Assembly: GCA_019422105.1 (NCBI GenBank)
Contig: JAHZDZ010000001.1
Span: 3,491-67,490, forward strand
Length of the DNA stretch: 64,000 nt
Reading direction: 5' to 3'
Source: Bacillota bacterium
Lineage (GTDB): Bacteria > Bacillota > Clostridia > Lachnospirales > Anaerotignaceae
Shown: positions 26,937 through 36,744 of the stretch, piece by piece
How positions within the stretch are numbered: position 1 is the stretch's first letter
How the letters are laid out: each line of letters opens with the position of its first letter
Made by a program: the position numbers and the translations under genes
Notes under the pieces: model-generated
Told to the model about the DNA's origin: nothing
Database searches by the model: none
The model's input: the letters and a program-made list of their open reading frames with translations, nothing else

Positions 26937-27638
26937 ATGAACGAAGAACTTATGAAAATTGCAAACTCCCCTGTGGTGTGGGTAATGTGTTCCGTAGTTG
27001 TCATTGTCGCGATTGCACAGTCTGTGCTTTACACTAAAATATCGCAGAAAGCAGCAAAAGAAATAAACATGCCTCAGGAAACCTGTAAAAGAGCTTTTAA
27101 AAGCGGCCTGATAACGGCAATCGGCCCCAGTATCGGAATTTTCGTTGTCATGGTTGGTATGATGGCAGTCATCGGCGGCCCCCTGAGCTGGCAGAGGCTT
27201 TCCGTTATCGGCTCTGCTCCGCTGGAGCTGATGAACGCTCAGATTGGCGCAGAGGTCGCAGGTGTTACTTTCGGCGGTCCCGATTACAACCTTCACGCAT
27301 TGATGCTTTCCTGGATGACACTTGCTCTTGGCACACAGGGATGGATTTGGTTCGTTATACTCTTTGGAAACAAGCTTGGAAAGGTACGTAAAAAAATAGG
27401 CGGAAACGATTCCAAATGGCTGATTGCCCTGTCAACCGCGGCTATGATTGGTGTTTTCGGAAAATTGAGCACAGATAAAATGGTACTTGGCGGCGGAGAA
27501 TTAATCGCTTCTATCGCTGGACTCTTAATTATGGTAGTTATCAATAAGTTTATCGCATCCAAGCTTCCAATCGTGAAGGAATATGCCGTTGGCATCGCTA
27601 TGATTGGCGCTATGGTTATCGCAAGCGTTATGGTCTGA
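26937..27638 (+). CDS. Uncharacterised polytopic membrane protein (about 6 TM helices)
   Basis: 233 aa, hydrophobic throughout, with Gly-rich helices (GPSIGIFVVMVGMMAVIGGPLSW). GGAGGG RBS lies 7 nt upstream. I cannot assign a family with confidence; possibly a DUF5058-type protein. Confidence 0.6.
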   Translation: MNEELMKIANSPVVWVMCSVVVIVAIAQSVLYTKISQKAAKEINMPQETCKRAFKSGLITAIGPSIGIFVVMVGMMAVIGGPLSWQRLSVIGSAPLELMNAQIGAEVAGVTFGGPDYNLHALMLSWMTLALGTQGWIWFVILFGNKLGKVRKKIGGNDSKWLIALSTAAMIGVFGKLSTDKMVLGGGELIASIAGLLIMVVINKFIASKLPIVKEYAVGIAMIGAMVIASVMV

Positions 27639-27668
27639 TTAAAATAGAAAAGAAAGAGGTGTTTTCCT

Positions 27669-28379
27669 ATGAATGAAGAAATGAAAAGCACAGCTATGAG
27701 CGATGAGGAATATGCAAAAATATGGGATAAACCCATTGTCAGAATCGGTGTTATCACTATGATACTTGCATCTGTCACAGCTTTTTTGCCGGTTATCTAT
27801 CTCTGTATCAGCCAGGGCATTGTCCCTGACATCGGTGAAGTTATGAAATGCTGGGCCCTTTCCGCAGCAGCTTGGGGCGCGTTGTATGTTGTCGAGCCTA
27901 TCACCTACTATACCGTAGTCGGACTCTCCGGCACTTACGTAGCGTTCCTTACGGGCAATCTTGCAAACCTTCGTATCCCCTGCGCCGCTACTGCCCTTGA
28001 GGTGACAGGAATTGAGCCGGGAACAAGAGAGGGCGAAATTGTTTCCACTCTCGGCATAACAGGCTCCGCTATCACCAGTATATTCTTTACCACACTGGCC
28101 GCTTTTGTAGGTGCACAGCTTCTGGCAATATTGCCTGAGGTTGTTGTGACAGCCTTTAGCAATTATACTGTACCCGCAATATTTGGTGCAGTTCTTGGAC
28201 AATACGCTTTAAAGGAACCAAAAATCTGCCTTTTCAGTATTGCCCTGGCTTTAATCTTCCACTATGTATTACTGGTTCCATCCTATATTGCAATGCTTGC
28301 CTGCGTAGTGCTGTCTATTCTGTTCTCAAGACTTCTGTACAACCAGCAGAAGAAAAAAGGGAACAACGTAACAGCCTGA
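27669..28379 (+). CDS. Uncharacterised polytopic membrane protein, second subunit candidate
   Basis: 236 aa with about 6 TM helices and a basic tail QQKKKGNNVTA. AGAGGTG RBS. Starts 30 nt after the preceding gene. Confidence 0.6.
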   Translation: MNEEMKSTAMSDEEYAKIWDKPIVRIGVITMILASVTAFLPVIYLCISQGIVPDIGEVMKCWALSAAAWGALYVVEPITYYTVVGLSGTYVAFLTGNLANLRIPCAATALEVTGIEPGTREGEIVSTLGITGSAITSIFFTTLAAFVGAQLLAILPEVVVTAFSNYTVPAIFGAVLGQYALKEPKICLFSIALALIFHYVLLVPSYIAMLACVVLSILFSRLLYNQQKKKGNNVTA

Positions 28380-28509
28380 GAATAGCCGCAGGATAACTGG
28401 CAGAATGGTTCTTTGAACCATTCTTCTATAAAAAATATAAACCCGCAGCCCTTTTGGGCTGTGAAACATATAATTTTACTAAACCTATCAATAGAAAGAA
28501 GGATAAAAA

Positions 28510-29715
28510 ATGAGTTCAATTGCTGAGCAGTGCAAAGAAGCATCAGGCTATATTATTGAGACGAGAAGAAGACTCCATCAAATTCCGGAGCTGGGCATTC
28601 ATGTTCCCAAAACACAGGATTTAATCTGTGCTGAACTTGATAAAATGGGAATCCCATATAAAAGAAATACTGCAGAGTTAAACGGTGTTGTGGACAGCGG
28701 CGTTGTGGCGTTAATCGAAGGAAAAAATACAGATAAGGTAATGGCCCTTCGCGCTGATATTGACGCTCTTCCCGTAACAGAAAAAACGGGCTTTCCCTTT
28801 GCCTCCACCCATGAAAACCAAATGCATGCATGCGGTCACGATACCCATACGGCCATGCTTCTTGGCGCTGCAAAGGTTTTAAATGATAATAAAGATCAAT
28901 TAAACGGCTCTGTAAAATTGTTCTTCCAGTCCGGTGAGGAGGTTATTACCGGCGCTAAAATGCTGCTGGAAGGCGGCTGTATGGACAATCCGAAAGTAAC
29001 CGCATGCTTTGGTATGCACAGCTGGCCATTAGACCCCAACAAATATAAACCGGGTGAGGCTATCGTTATTCCCGGCTGCATGATGGCATCCGGCAACCGT
29101 TTTACAATTAAAGTAAGAGGCGTTGGCTGCCACGGCTCCTCCCCTCATCTTGGTATCGACCCGATTGTTGCAGGCTCCTACCTGATAGCGGCGCTTCAGG
29201 AAATTTCCTCCCGCGAGGTATTTGCCGGCGAGCCAAAGGTACTTTCTATCTGCCAGTTCCACGCGGGCACCTTCTGGAATGTCATTCCCGATGAGGTATG
29301 GATGGAGGGAACACTGCGCACCACTTCCGTTGAGACAAGAGCTTACTACATAAAGAGAATTGAGGAAATTGCCAAAGGCATCAGCTCCACCTTCCGCTGT
29401 GAATGCGTGGTTGACTGGGTTGACGGAACACCACCTGTTATGAACGACCCTGAAATTACAAAGATAGTTGCAGGCGCGGCAAAGAAGGTTCTGGGAGAAG
29501 AACTGGTATGCGAAGAGTTCAGTGCAGATATGGCAAATGAGGATTTCGCCTACTTCCAGGAAAGAGTACCCGGCACATTTATATTCCTTAACATTACCAA
29601 CAAAGAAAAGGATAACTTTATTCCTCTTCACAGTGCAGTATTCAATCCTGATGAAGAAGTGCTCTGGCACGGTACAGCTATCCACGTACAGACAGCATTG
29701 GATTACCTCTCATAA
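28510..29715 (+). CDS. M20D-family amidohydrolase (N-acyl-L-amino acid amidohydrolase / hippurate hydrolase-like)
   Basis: RRRLHQIPELG, MHACGHDTHTAMLLGAA and FQSGEE motifs; 401 aa. Confidence 0.88.
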   Translation: MSSIAEQCKEASGYIIETRRRLHQIPELGIHVPKTQDLICAELDKMGIPYKRNTAELNGVVDSGVVALIEGKNTDKVMALRADIDALPVTEKTGFPFASTHENQMHACGHDTHTAMLLGAAKVLNDNKDQLNGSVKLFFQSGEEVITGAKMLLEGGCMDNPKVTACFGMHSWPLDPNKYKPGEAIVIPGCMMASGNRFTIKVRGVGCHGSSPHLGIDPIVAGSYLIAALQEISSREVFAGEPKVLSICQFHAGTFWNVIPDEVWMEGTLRTTSVETRAYYIKRIEEIAKGISSTFRCECVVDWVDGTPPVMNDPEITKIVAGAAKKVLGEELVCEEFSADMANEDFAYFQERVPGTFIFLNITNKEKDNFIPLHSAVFNPDEEVLWHGTAIHVQTALDYLS

Positions 29716-29735
29716 TCCTTTACTTCAAACCCAAA

Positions 29736-29773
29736 AGAAGAGGAGGCTCCCCCAAACGGAAGCCTCCTCTTCT
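29736..29773 (+). terminator. Strong hairpin after the amidohydrolase gene (no canonical U-tract)
   Basis: AGAAGAGGAGGCT-12 nt-AGCCTCCTCTTCT, a 13-bp perfect stem starting 20 nt past the stop. The following sequence is GCGTATAAAAAAA. Confidence 0.5.
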
Positions 29774-30090
29774 GCGTATAAAAAAACCTGAGTTTATCTC
29801 ATACCCTCTCACCCATCAAAAAAATCAAGACAAAAATAACGGATAACCTGGTACCTGCGCAGCTTCTATCGTTGGCTAACCTTTTTCACTGTAAAAAATC
29901 TGTGACACAATGCCCCGAATGGAATCTCCACTGTGATCTGGCGGCAAGCAGTTCCAAAGAAAAGGAGTAAGTAAAAAGCCGCATTACTCTGGCAATTGTA
30001 TCCATCACCCGTGGTGTCAGAAATAGATACGGCGGGTAAAGACGTTTTCCCCAAAAAGGAAATATCATATAAGGTTGAAGCTTGGTTATC

Positions 30091-30190
30091 TGATGCCTTC
30101 CCCTCAAATAAGATTTGCGGGAGACCCCGGAGAAAAAAGAGCTTCATGTAACGCTCGCAGGCAAAGAATATGACACGCAGCGGTTAAATT
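30091..30190 (-). repeat. Structured repeat element, copy 3 (degenerate/truncated)
   Basis: Minus strand starts ATTTAACCGCTGCGTGTCA (copy 2 has ATTTAACCGATGTGTCA) and ends ...GGGGAAGGCATC (copies 1 and 2 have AACAAGGCATC). The terminal GTCGGTTAT half is missing. Confidence 0.5.
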
Positions 30191-30282
30191 CCGACCACTA
30201 TAATAGGGTTTTGCACAGCAAAATGCAGACTATGATTATAGAAAAACCGTCGAGACATATTTTTTTATTCCTCTGACTGATT

Positions 30283-30310
30283 TAAAAAAAGGCGCCGGTA
30301 AAATCGGCGC
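30283..30310 (-). terminator. Rho-independent terminator of the CBS-domain hemolysin-family gene
   Basis: Minus strand reads GGCGCCG-ATTTTAC-CGGCGCC followed by TTTTTTTAAATC. Confidence 0.85.
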
Positions 30311-30317
30311 CCCTCCA

Positions 30318-31574
30318 TCAGGTATATAACCTTAATTTCTCTATTCTGTTTTTATCTACTTCCTCAATGGTAATACGCAGGGCGTCGGTTTCAATCTTCT
30401 CCCCCTGCTCCGGAAAGCGTCCCAAAATACCAATGACATAACCGCCGATGGTATCGAAATCCTCCGATTCCAGATGCGTCCCTATCATTTCATTGACATC
30501 CTCAAGTCTGGTACTTCCGTCAATAACATATTCATCTTCCTTGATGACCTCAATATCCTCCTCGTCCTCATCGTACTCATCGGATATTTCCCCTACTATC
30601 TCCTCCACCAGGTCCTCTACCGTGACAAGGCCGCTGGTGCCGCCGTATTCGTCCAGAATAATAGCAACATTAATCCTGTTGTTTTTCATATCGGTAAAAA
30701 GCTCTGACGTACTCTTAGACTCATAGGTAAAATAAGGCTCTCTCATATATTTTTCTATGCTGAATTCATTCTTAGGTAAAAAAGCAAAATCCTTTAAGTG
30801 AAGAATACCAATAATATCATCCATATTATCATGGTATACAGGAATCCTGGAAAAACGCTCCTGGTTAAACATTTCCACAACCTCTTCATATGTAGCCGTA
30901 TCCTCAACCGCTACAATATCCGTTCTTGGCGTCATGACATCCTTGGCTTTGGTGTCGCCGAAATCAAAAACATTATTGATCATTTTTCTCTCGTCTACTT
31001 CCAAAACACCCTCTTCATGGCTTACATTCACCATTGTCTTCAGCTCTGCCTCCGTAATTAACGGCGACTCCTTCGTGCTGTCACCGCCTAAAAGCTTAAT
31101 CAAAAAGCCTGTGATGACATTCAAAACCGCGACAATAGGCGTAAAGAGAAAAACCACAAAAGAAACTGCTTTCACAACCATCAAAGAAATCTTCTCCGAA
31201 TTTCTGGCTGCAAAGGTTTTTGGCGTTATCTCACCAAAAATTAATATCACAATCGTCATGATGGCTGTCGCTATCCCAACACCCTTAGATGGACTGTAAA
31301 CAATCGCCAGAGCGGTGGCAATAGAGGATGCGCCGATATTGACCAGATTGTTTCCCACTAAAATGGCGCTTAAAAGCTTGTTTGGGTTATCAACCAGCTT
31401 GCTTATCTTATCCGCATTTTTCACATTTTCGTCCACCATATTCCGAAGGCGGATTTTACTGAGGCTTGTAAGCGCCGTTTCAGAAGCTGAAAAAAAAGCT
31501 GACAAACAAACAAGTATAATCAAAACTACAAACAACCACGAATTACCAGGTTGCGCCGGACTGCCAGGTTCCAC
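30318..31574 (-). CDS. Hemolysin-family / CNNM-type protein (DUF21, CBS pair, CorC_HlyC)
   Basis: 418 aa: four N-terminal TM helices with the ASETALTSL motif, tandem CBS domains, and a C-terminal transporter-associated domain. Confidence 0.85.
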   Translation of the reverse strand: MEPGSPAQPGNSWLFVVLIILVCLSAFFSASETALTSLSKIRLRNMVDENVKNADKISKLVDNPNKLLSAILVGNNLVNIGASSIATALAIVYSPSKGVGIATAIMTIVILIFGEITPKTFAARNSEKISLMVVKAVSFVVFLFTPIVAVLNVITGFLIKLLGGDSTKESPLITEAELKTMVNVSHEEGVLEVDERKMINNVFDFGDTKAKDVMTPRTDIVAVEDTATYEEVVEMFNQERFSRIPVYHDNMDDIIGILHLKDFAFLPKNEFSIEKYMREPYFTYESKSTSELFTDMKNNRINVAIILDEYGGTSGLVTVEDLVEEIVGEISDEYDEDEEDIEVIKEDEYVIDGSTRLEDVNEMIGTHLESEDFDTIGGYVIGILGRFPEQGEKIETDALRITIEEVDKNRIEKLRLYT

Positions 31575-31710
31575 TAAAAATCACTCTCCTAAAAAATTGA
31601 TATAAAAATCGACTGTAGAATTTATCATATCATAAATACAGAATAAATCAATACAATCTCCGCATTTTTTCCTGAATTAAGCTGGAAAACACCTTATTTT
31701 AACCTCTTTT

Positions 31711-32883
31711 TTACAGTCTGGATACGCCTGTTTTCTTCGCCGCAAGGGCTACCGCCGCCGCAATTGCAGGACACACTCTCTTGTCAAAGGCGGAAGGTAT
31801 CACATATTCTTCATTCAGCTTATCCTGCGGAATCAAATCCGCTATGGCATAGGCAGCCGCCAGCTTCATTTCCTCATTAATATCCGTTGCGCGTATATCC
31901 AACGCTCCCCTGAAAATACCGGGAAAAGAAAGAATATTATTGACCTGGTTAAAATAATCACTTCTGCCGCTTCCTACTACCCTTGCCCCTGCCGCCGCGG
32001 CCTCATCCGGCATAATTTCGGGAACAGGGTTTGCCATTGCAAACACAATAGCGTCCTTTGCCATAGACCGTACCATTTCCTTTGTCACAAGCCCTGCGGC
32101 CGATACGCCGATAAATACGTCCGCTCCCCGCAAAACGTCTGCTAAGGTACCCTTTTCATTGTTGGGGTTTGTTTCCTTCGCCAAAGCGCGGAACGCTTCG
32201 TTTTCATAGACCGTATCCCTGTTCAGTGCCCCCTGTCTGTCGCAGAGTATGATATTTTTCATTCCCGCCCTCATTAATAGCTTCGCAATAGCGCTTCCCG
32301 CGCTTCCGGCGCCTGAAATAACCGTTTTTGCTCTGTCAAGCTCCTTCCCGCATACGCGGAGAGCATTGATAATACCCGCCAAAACGACAACCGCCGTCCC
32401 ATGCTGATCATCATGAAAAACAGGAATATCCACCGCCTTTTTCAGCTTTTCCTCAATCTCAAAGCATCTTGGCGCAGAAATATCCTCCAAATTGATGCCG
32501 CCGAAGCTGCCGCTTATCAGACTTATTGTCCGCACAATCTCATCCGGATCCTTGGAACGGACACAAAGAGGAATAGCATCCACACCGCCAAAATGCTTGA
32601 ATAGAGCGCACTTCCCCTCCATAACCGGCATACCCGCCTCGGGACCAATATCCCCAAGACCCAAAACCGCTGTTCCGTCTGTGACAACTGCCACTGTATT
32701 CCACCTTCTGGTCAACTCAAAGGAAAGAGAAGGATCCTTTTGTATCGCCAGACATGGCTCCGCTACTCCCGGCGTATAGGCAAGGGATAAATCATCGCTG
32801 TTTTCCAGCGGTGCCCTGCATGTCATCTCAATTTTCCCCTTCCACTTTGCATGTGCTTCCATTGCCTTTTGTCTGTTATCCAT
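31711..32883 (-). CDS. NAD(P)-dependent malic enzyme (short form)
   Basis: LSLAYTPGVA, VVTDGTAVLGLGDIG and GAGSAGSAIA motifs; 390 aa. Confidence 0.9.
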   Translation of the reverse strand: MDNRQKAMEAHAKWKGKIEMTCRAPLENSDDLSLAYTPGVAEPCLAIQKDPSLSFELTRRWNTVAVVTDGTAVLGLGDIGPEAGMPVMEGKCALFKHFGGVDAIPLCVRSKDPDEIVRTISLISGSFGGINLEDISAPRCFEIEEKLKKAVDIPVFHDDQHGTAVVVLAGIINALRVCGKELDRAKTVISGAGSAGSAIAKLLMRAGMKNIILCDRQGALNRDTVYENEAFRALAKETNPNNEKGTLADVLRGADVFIGVSAAGLVTKEMVRSMAKDAIVFAMANPVPEIMPDEAAAAGARVVGSGRSDYFNQVNNILSFPGIFRGALDIRATDINEEMKLAAAYAIADLIPQDKLNEEYVIPSAFDKRVCPAIAAAVALAAKKTGVSRL

Positions 32884-32936
32884 TTCAATCCCCGTCCTTT
32901 ACTTGTATTTGGCAAAACTGTTATTACCAAATCATT

Positions 32937-33629
32937 TTATAATTTACGGCTGCCTCTGTCAATGAAGCCCCTGATTTCAGCGATAATATCAGCTTTTGGT
33001 CTTTTGGACAAAAGTTTCTCCTGTTTTTTCTCAAAGCACTGTATTTTATTCACAACCGAAAAGGGCAGTCCTGAAACAATCATGATTTCATCTGAAAAGG
33101 AAGCGGCTTCCTCTATATCATGAGTGACAAAAATACAGAGCTTGTTTTGAAACATCCCCTGTATTTGAGCTAGGATGTTTTCCTTTGCCGCAACGTCAAC
33201 CCCCTTGAATGGCTCGTCCATAAGATAAATATCCCCTCCATAGCATAGGCAGCGGGCCAGTGCGACTCTCCTGCACATGCCGCCGCTGAGCTCGAAGGGA
33301 TATTTGTTTTTATCCGCCGCCAAACCAAAGCAGTCCAATAACCTGTCCGCAAGCTTTTCATCCTCATTCACAGCCAAAACGTTTTCCCGTGCAGTAAGCC
33401 AGGGCAGAAGACGGTTTTCCTGAAATAAATAAGATATTTTTTTGCCTTGTGTACCATCTATCTCCCCTTTGAAATCACTGTCAAGTCCCGCAATAATATG
33501 TAACAGAGAAGTTTTGCCGCATCCCGACGGCCCAAAAAGGCAGACCACTCCTGTATCCGGAAACTCTATGCTAAAGCCATCCAACACCTTTCTGTCATAT
33601 TCCTTATATACATTTTTGACTCTAAGCAT
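32937..33629 (-). CDS. ABC transporter ATP-binding protein (NitT/TauT family)
   Basis: Walker A GPSGCGKTS, signature LSGGMCRRVALARCL, Walker B IYLMDEPFKG. The ATG at 33629 follows GGAGGAG; the ORF track starts at 33650. Confidence 0.88.
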   Translation of the reverse strand: MLRVKNVYKEYDRKVLDGFSIEFPDTGVVCLFGPSGCGKTSLLHIIAGLDSDFKGEIDGTQGKKISYLFQENRLLPWLTARENVLAVNEDEKLADRLLDCFGLAADKNKYPFELSGGMCRRVALARCLCYGGDIYLMDEPFKGVDVAAKENILAQIQGMFQNKLCIFVTHDIEEAASFSDEIMIVSGLPFSVVNKIQCFEKKQEKLLSKRPKADIIAEIRGFIDRGSRKL

Positions 33630-33643
33630 CGTGACTCCTCCAC

Positions 33644-34390
33644 CTAACACTCATATTTTGCCCCGGCTTTCCGTATAATCCTCTTTAACAGCTTCTCCAA
33701 AATTACGCTCAACACAATTACTACCGCCGTCCAGGCAAACAACTCCGGCGTTTCCAAATATATCTTTGAATTATATATCTGTCCTCCTATGGAAAATTTC
33801 GGTGTACAGATAACCTCCGCCGCGATCCCTGATTTCCAGGCCAAACCTATGGAGGTTGCTGCCGCTGCCGTAAAATAAGGCATGATGGAGGGAATATAGA
33901 TAAGCTTTATTTTTTTCCATTGTCCAAACCCATATATCTGTGCCATCTCCAACAGCTTTTTGTCTGTATTTTTCAGCCCCTCATAAAGGTTTGACCAGAT
34001 AAGGGGCAGCACCATAAGAAAGGAAATAAACAAAGGCACATTTCCCGTTTTAATCCATACCAGTGCCAGTATGATAAAGGACGCAATAGGCGTCGCCTGC
34101 ACCATAGAAATAACAGGATAAAAAAATTCGTAGAGCCCCGGTACCGTAAAGGTAACGCAGGCCAAAGCTGCCCCTATGACAAGCGCCAGAAAATAGCCTG
34201 TCATAATACGAAAAAGAGAGGTCAGCACTGTTTTCCAAAACGCAGGCAATACGCACAACTCCCATAATTTCTTTATCACGCCAAAAGGAGATACAAAAAG
34301 TATCTCCTGGTCTATCAGCATATAAAGAATCTGCCATAATATCAGCCAAACAGCGGAAATCAATATCAGGCGTACCTTTTTATTTTGCAT
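33644..34390 (-). CDS. ABC transporter permease (NitT/TauT family, BPD_transp_1)
   Basis: About 6 TM helices. The ATG at 34390 overlaps the upstream stop (ATGCAAAATAA); the ORF track starts at 34405. Confidence 0.85.
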   Translation of the reverse strand: MQNKKVRLILISAVWLILWQILYMLIDQEILFVSPFGVIKKLWELCVLPAFWKTVLTSLFRIMTGYFLALVIGAALACVTFTVPGLYEFFYPVISMVQATPIASFIILALVWIKTGNVPLFISFLMVLPLIWSNLYEGLKNTDKKLLEMAQIYGFGQWKKIKLIYIPSIMPYFTAAAATSIGLAWKSGIAAEVICTPKFSIGGQIYNSKIYLETPELFAWTAVVIVLSVILEKLLKRIIRKAGAKYEC

Positions 34391-35429
34391 AATAGAAATC
34401 TTCATCAGGCAGCTTGCCCCCTACGGATTTGTTATCAGCATGAAACAGCACATCAAAGAAATTTGTGATGGAATCCTTCATTTCCGCACCGTCAATATAA
34501 ACAATATTACAGTTTGGTATTGCCGCCTTTGCAGCCTCAGCTGATGCCATTATACCATATTTCTCCACCAAAACGGAAGCATCCTCCGTATCGCTGTTGA
34601 CAAAATCAATAGAATTTTTGTACTCCTCCAGGAAAGTATCAAAAGCCGCCTTGTTGTTTTCAATAAAATCCTTTCTGGCTATGATACAGCCCATTGCCAA
34701 AACACTGCCCTCTTTGTCAGTTCCCTTTACTGCACTCTCCCACTCCTGCGTTAAATCCAATGCAATTCTGATATCAGGATTTTTCATGGTGACAGCTGTC
34801 ACGTTGGGCTCGGGTAAAACGCCGAGAGAAACCTCACCGGAAGCAAGCGCTGTCGCCAGCTCCGCGTGCTCTGCCATATATTCCACTTCCACATTATCCA
34901 GTCCGTTTTGCTGCAAAATATAATTCAATACATATTCCGGCGTAGCGCCCTGTCCTGTGGAGTATACGGTTTTGCCGCTCAAGTCCTTCACAGACTGTAT
35001 GGTATCCCCATTTTCAAGCATATACAGCACGCCAAGGGTATTAATGGCAGCCATCTGCACATTTCCCTCCGTCTTATTGTAGAGGGTAGCGGCAAGATTT
35101 GTCGGAACGGCAGCTATGTCTATTTCTCCCGAAACAATTTTTCCAACAGCCTCGTCCGGCGCAGCCAGCACCTCAAAGGTATAATTATTTTTCGTGCTGC
35201 CCTCCTCCGCGTCACTCATCAGCTTCACGGCGCCTATTCCTGTAGGCCCCTTCAGCACGGCAATACTCATGTCAACTGGTTCTGTCTGTGCATTTTCATC
35301 CTCCTGCCCCTTCTCTTCCTCATTGGCGGGAAGCGTTGGCACCTCTTCCTTTTTCGTACAGCCTGCAAAGGCAGTTACCATCAACACCAAAGATAATAAT
35401 AGTGCAATTGATTTCAGCTTTTTCATCAT
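34380..35429 (-). CDS. ABC substrate-binding lipoprotein (NMT1/THI5- or sulfonate-binding-like)
   Basis: Lipobox TAFAGC, acidic linker, then a periplasmic-binding fold (VLKGPTGIGAVKL). First gene of the three-gene importer. Confidence 0.75.
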   Translation of the reverse strand: MMKKLKSIALLLSLVLMVTAFAGCTKKEEVPTLPANEEEKGQEDENAQTEPVDMSIAVLKGPTGIGAVKLMSDAEEGSTKNNYTFEVLAAPDEAVGKIVSGEIDIAAVPTNLAATLYNKTEGNVQMAAINTLGVLYMLENGDTIQSVKDLSGKTVYSTGQGATPEYVLNYILQQNGLDNVEVEYMAEHAELATALASGEVSLGVLPEPNVTAVTMKNPDIRIALDLTQEWESAVKGTDKEGSVLAMGCIIARKDFIENNKAAFDTFLEEYKNSIDFVNSDTEDASVLVEKYGIMASAEAAKAAIPNCNIVYIDGAEMKDSITNFFDVLFHADNKSVGGKLPDEDFYYAK

Positions 35430-35624
35430 TTCATTCTCCTTTATGCATTATTTATGAAAACAGCAGTCTGCTGTCAAAACTGTCAAAAAATCTATTGCAG
35501 GCCAATAGCCCAAGCTCATACGCTTTAAAAAAGCAAGATATAAAGATATATTTCAAAAACTTTCAGGTATGGCCAGCGTTCACAGCCTCGACCTTTTGAC
35601 ATACTGACAGTCGTTCACTGTCTC

Positions 35625-36380
35625 TTACAGATCTATTCTTTTCTGCAGCAATTCCCTGTTTAAAATAGTTATTTTTCTTCCTTCCCTTTTTAGCAGGCCG
35701 TTTTTCTCAAGCTCATCCAATGTCCTGTATAAGGATGCCCTGCCGATATTCAAAAATTCCGAAAGCTTTGTATAGCTGTATTCCAGCTCTACCTCTGAAA
35801 AGGCGCCTATGCCATTCCCATTGTTTAATAAAAACTGTATCACCTTCTCCTCCGTGTCTCCCTGGGCAAAGCCGTCAATGCGCCGGTTTAAAAACAGAAG
35901 GGATTTGGAGAGAAAAGAAATATAATTCACCGCTATTTGAATATCCTTCTCAAACAGTTCCAGTAATAACGGCTGGCTCATAAAAAACACTTCACATTTT
36001 TCTCTTGCGGTTATGGTTCCTATAAAAGCATTTTCGTCATGAAAAACTGCTGCACCTCCAAATATTTCCCCTTCATGCAGAGTATTCATAATTACTTTTC
36101 TGCCCTCTCTGTAATCCTTCTCCACAATAACGCTTCCCTTTATGACTAAGCCAATGCTTTTCCTGTAATGAAGCCTGTCATATACAGTATCCCCCTTTTG
36201 AAACTGTATAATCTCCGTCATTGGATTTTCAATGAGAGGCAATATTGACTCACTGGAAATTCCCTGAAACAAAAAGGTTTTCGATAGAATGGCAGCCAGT
36301 TTATCCGCTTTATTTGCTTTCAGTTCACACACCCTCTTTTTTGTATCATATGAGACAAATTTATTATAACACGTTTCCAT
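35625..36380 (-). CDS. Crp/Fnr-family transcriptional regulator
   Basis: cNMP-binding beta-roll (FQKGDTVYD...GEIFGG) plus a C-terminal HTH (LSEFLNIGRASLYRTLDELE). Confidence 0.8.
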   Translation of the reverse strand: METCYNKFVSYDTKKRVCELKANKADKLAAILSKTFLFQGISSESILPLIENPMTEIIQFQKGDTVYDRLHYRKSIGLVIKGSVIVEKDYREGRKVIMNTLHEGEIFGGAAVFHDENAFIGTITAREKCEVFFMSQPLLLELFEKDIQIAVNYISFLSKSLLFLNRRIDGFAQGDTEEKVIQFLLNNGNGIGAFSEVELEYSYTKLSEFLNIGRASLYRTLDELEKNGLLKREGRKITILNRELLQKRIDL

Positions 36381-36744
36381 ATAAAGTCAACAGAAAGAGA
36401 TTCTCATTAAAAAACAACTCTCCCCTGCCATTTAGTGCAATAAAAAACAGCCGCGGGCAGGCTTTACTACGAATTGAATGGTTTTATGTCCCATCCGTTT
36501 CCGAATTGTATTTTTTATTGCAGAGCAATAAAAAAAGCAGTATAAAATACTGCTTATATTGTCAAAAAATCATGTTCTTAGAATCACCGTCTCCGAAACC
36601 TTTGCAGGATTTCACTCTCAATCCTACAGAAACCGCGTATTTACGCGGTTTCCTAAAGTTTTGCCCCGCTTTTTTAAATGCGGGTGAATTAAGTTTAAAT
36701 GAATAAAATTAAATTGCGCCGCCCTAAACATTCCATTCCCGCAC

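Noticed and set aside
27293-28202. Two minus-strand ORFs of 161 and 187 aa, plus a 218-aa ORF at 29029..29685
   Set aside because: They are antisense to the two membrane-protein genes and the M20 amidohydrolase gene. The plus-strand genes have ribosome-binding sites, coherent TM patterns or catalytic motifs; these ORFs do not.
35430-35624. TPP (THI-box) riboswitch upstream of the NMT1/THI5-like ABC importer
   Set aside because: The CUGAGA and ACCUGAUCUGGAUAAUGCCAGCG elements are absent. A TTGACA-17-TAAATA promoter lies close to the start codon, which leaves only a short leader.
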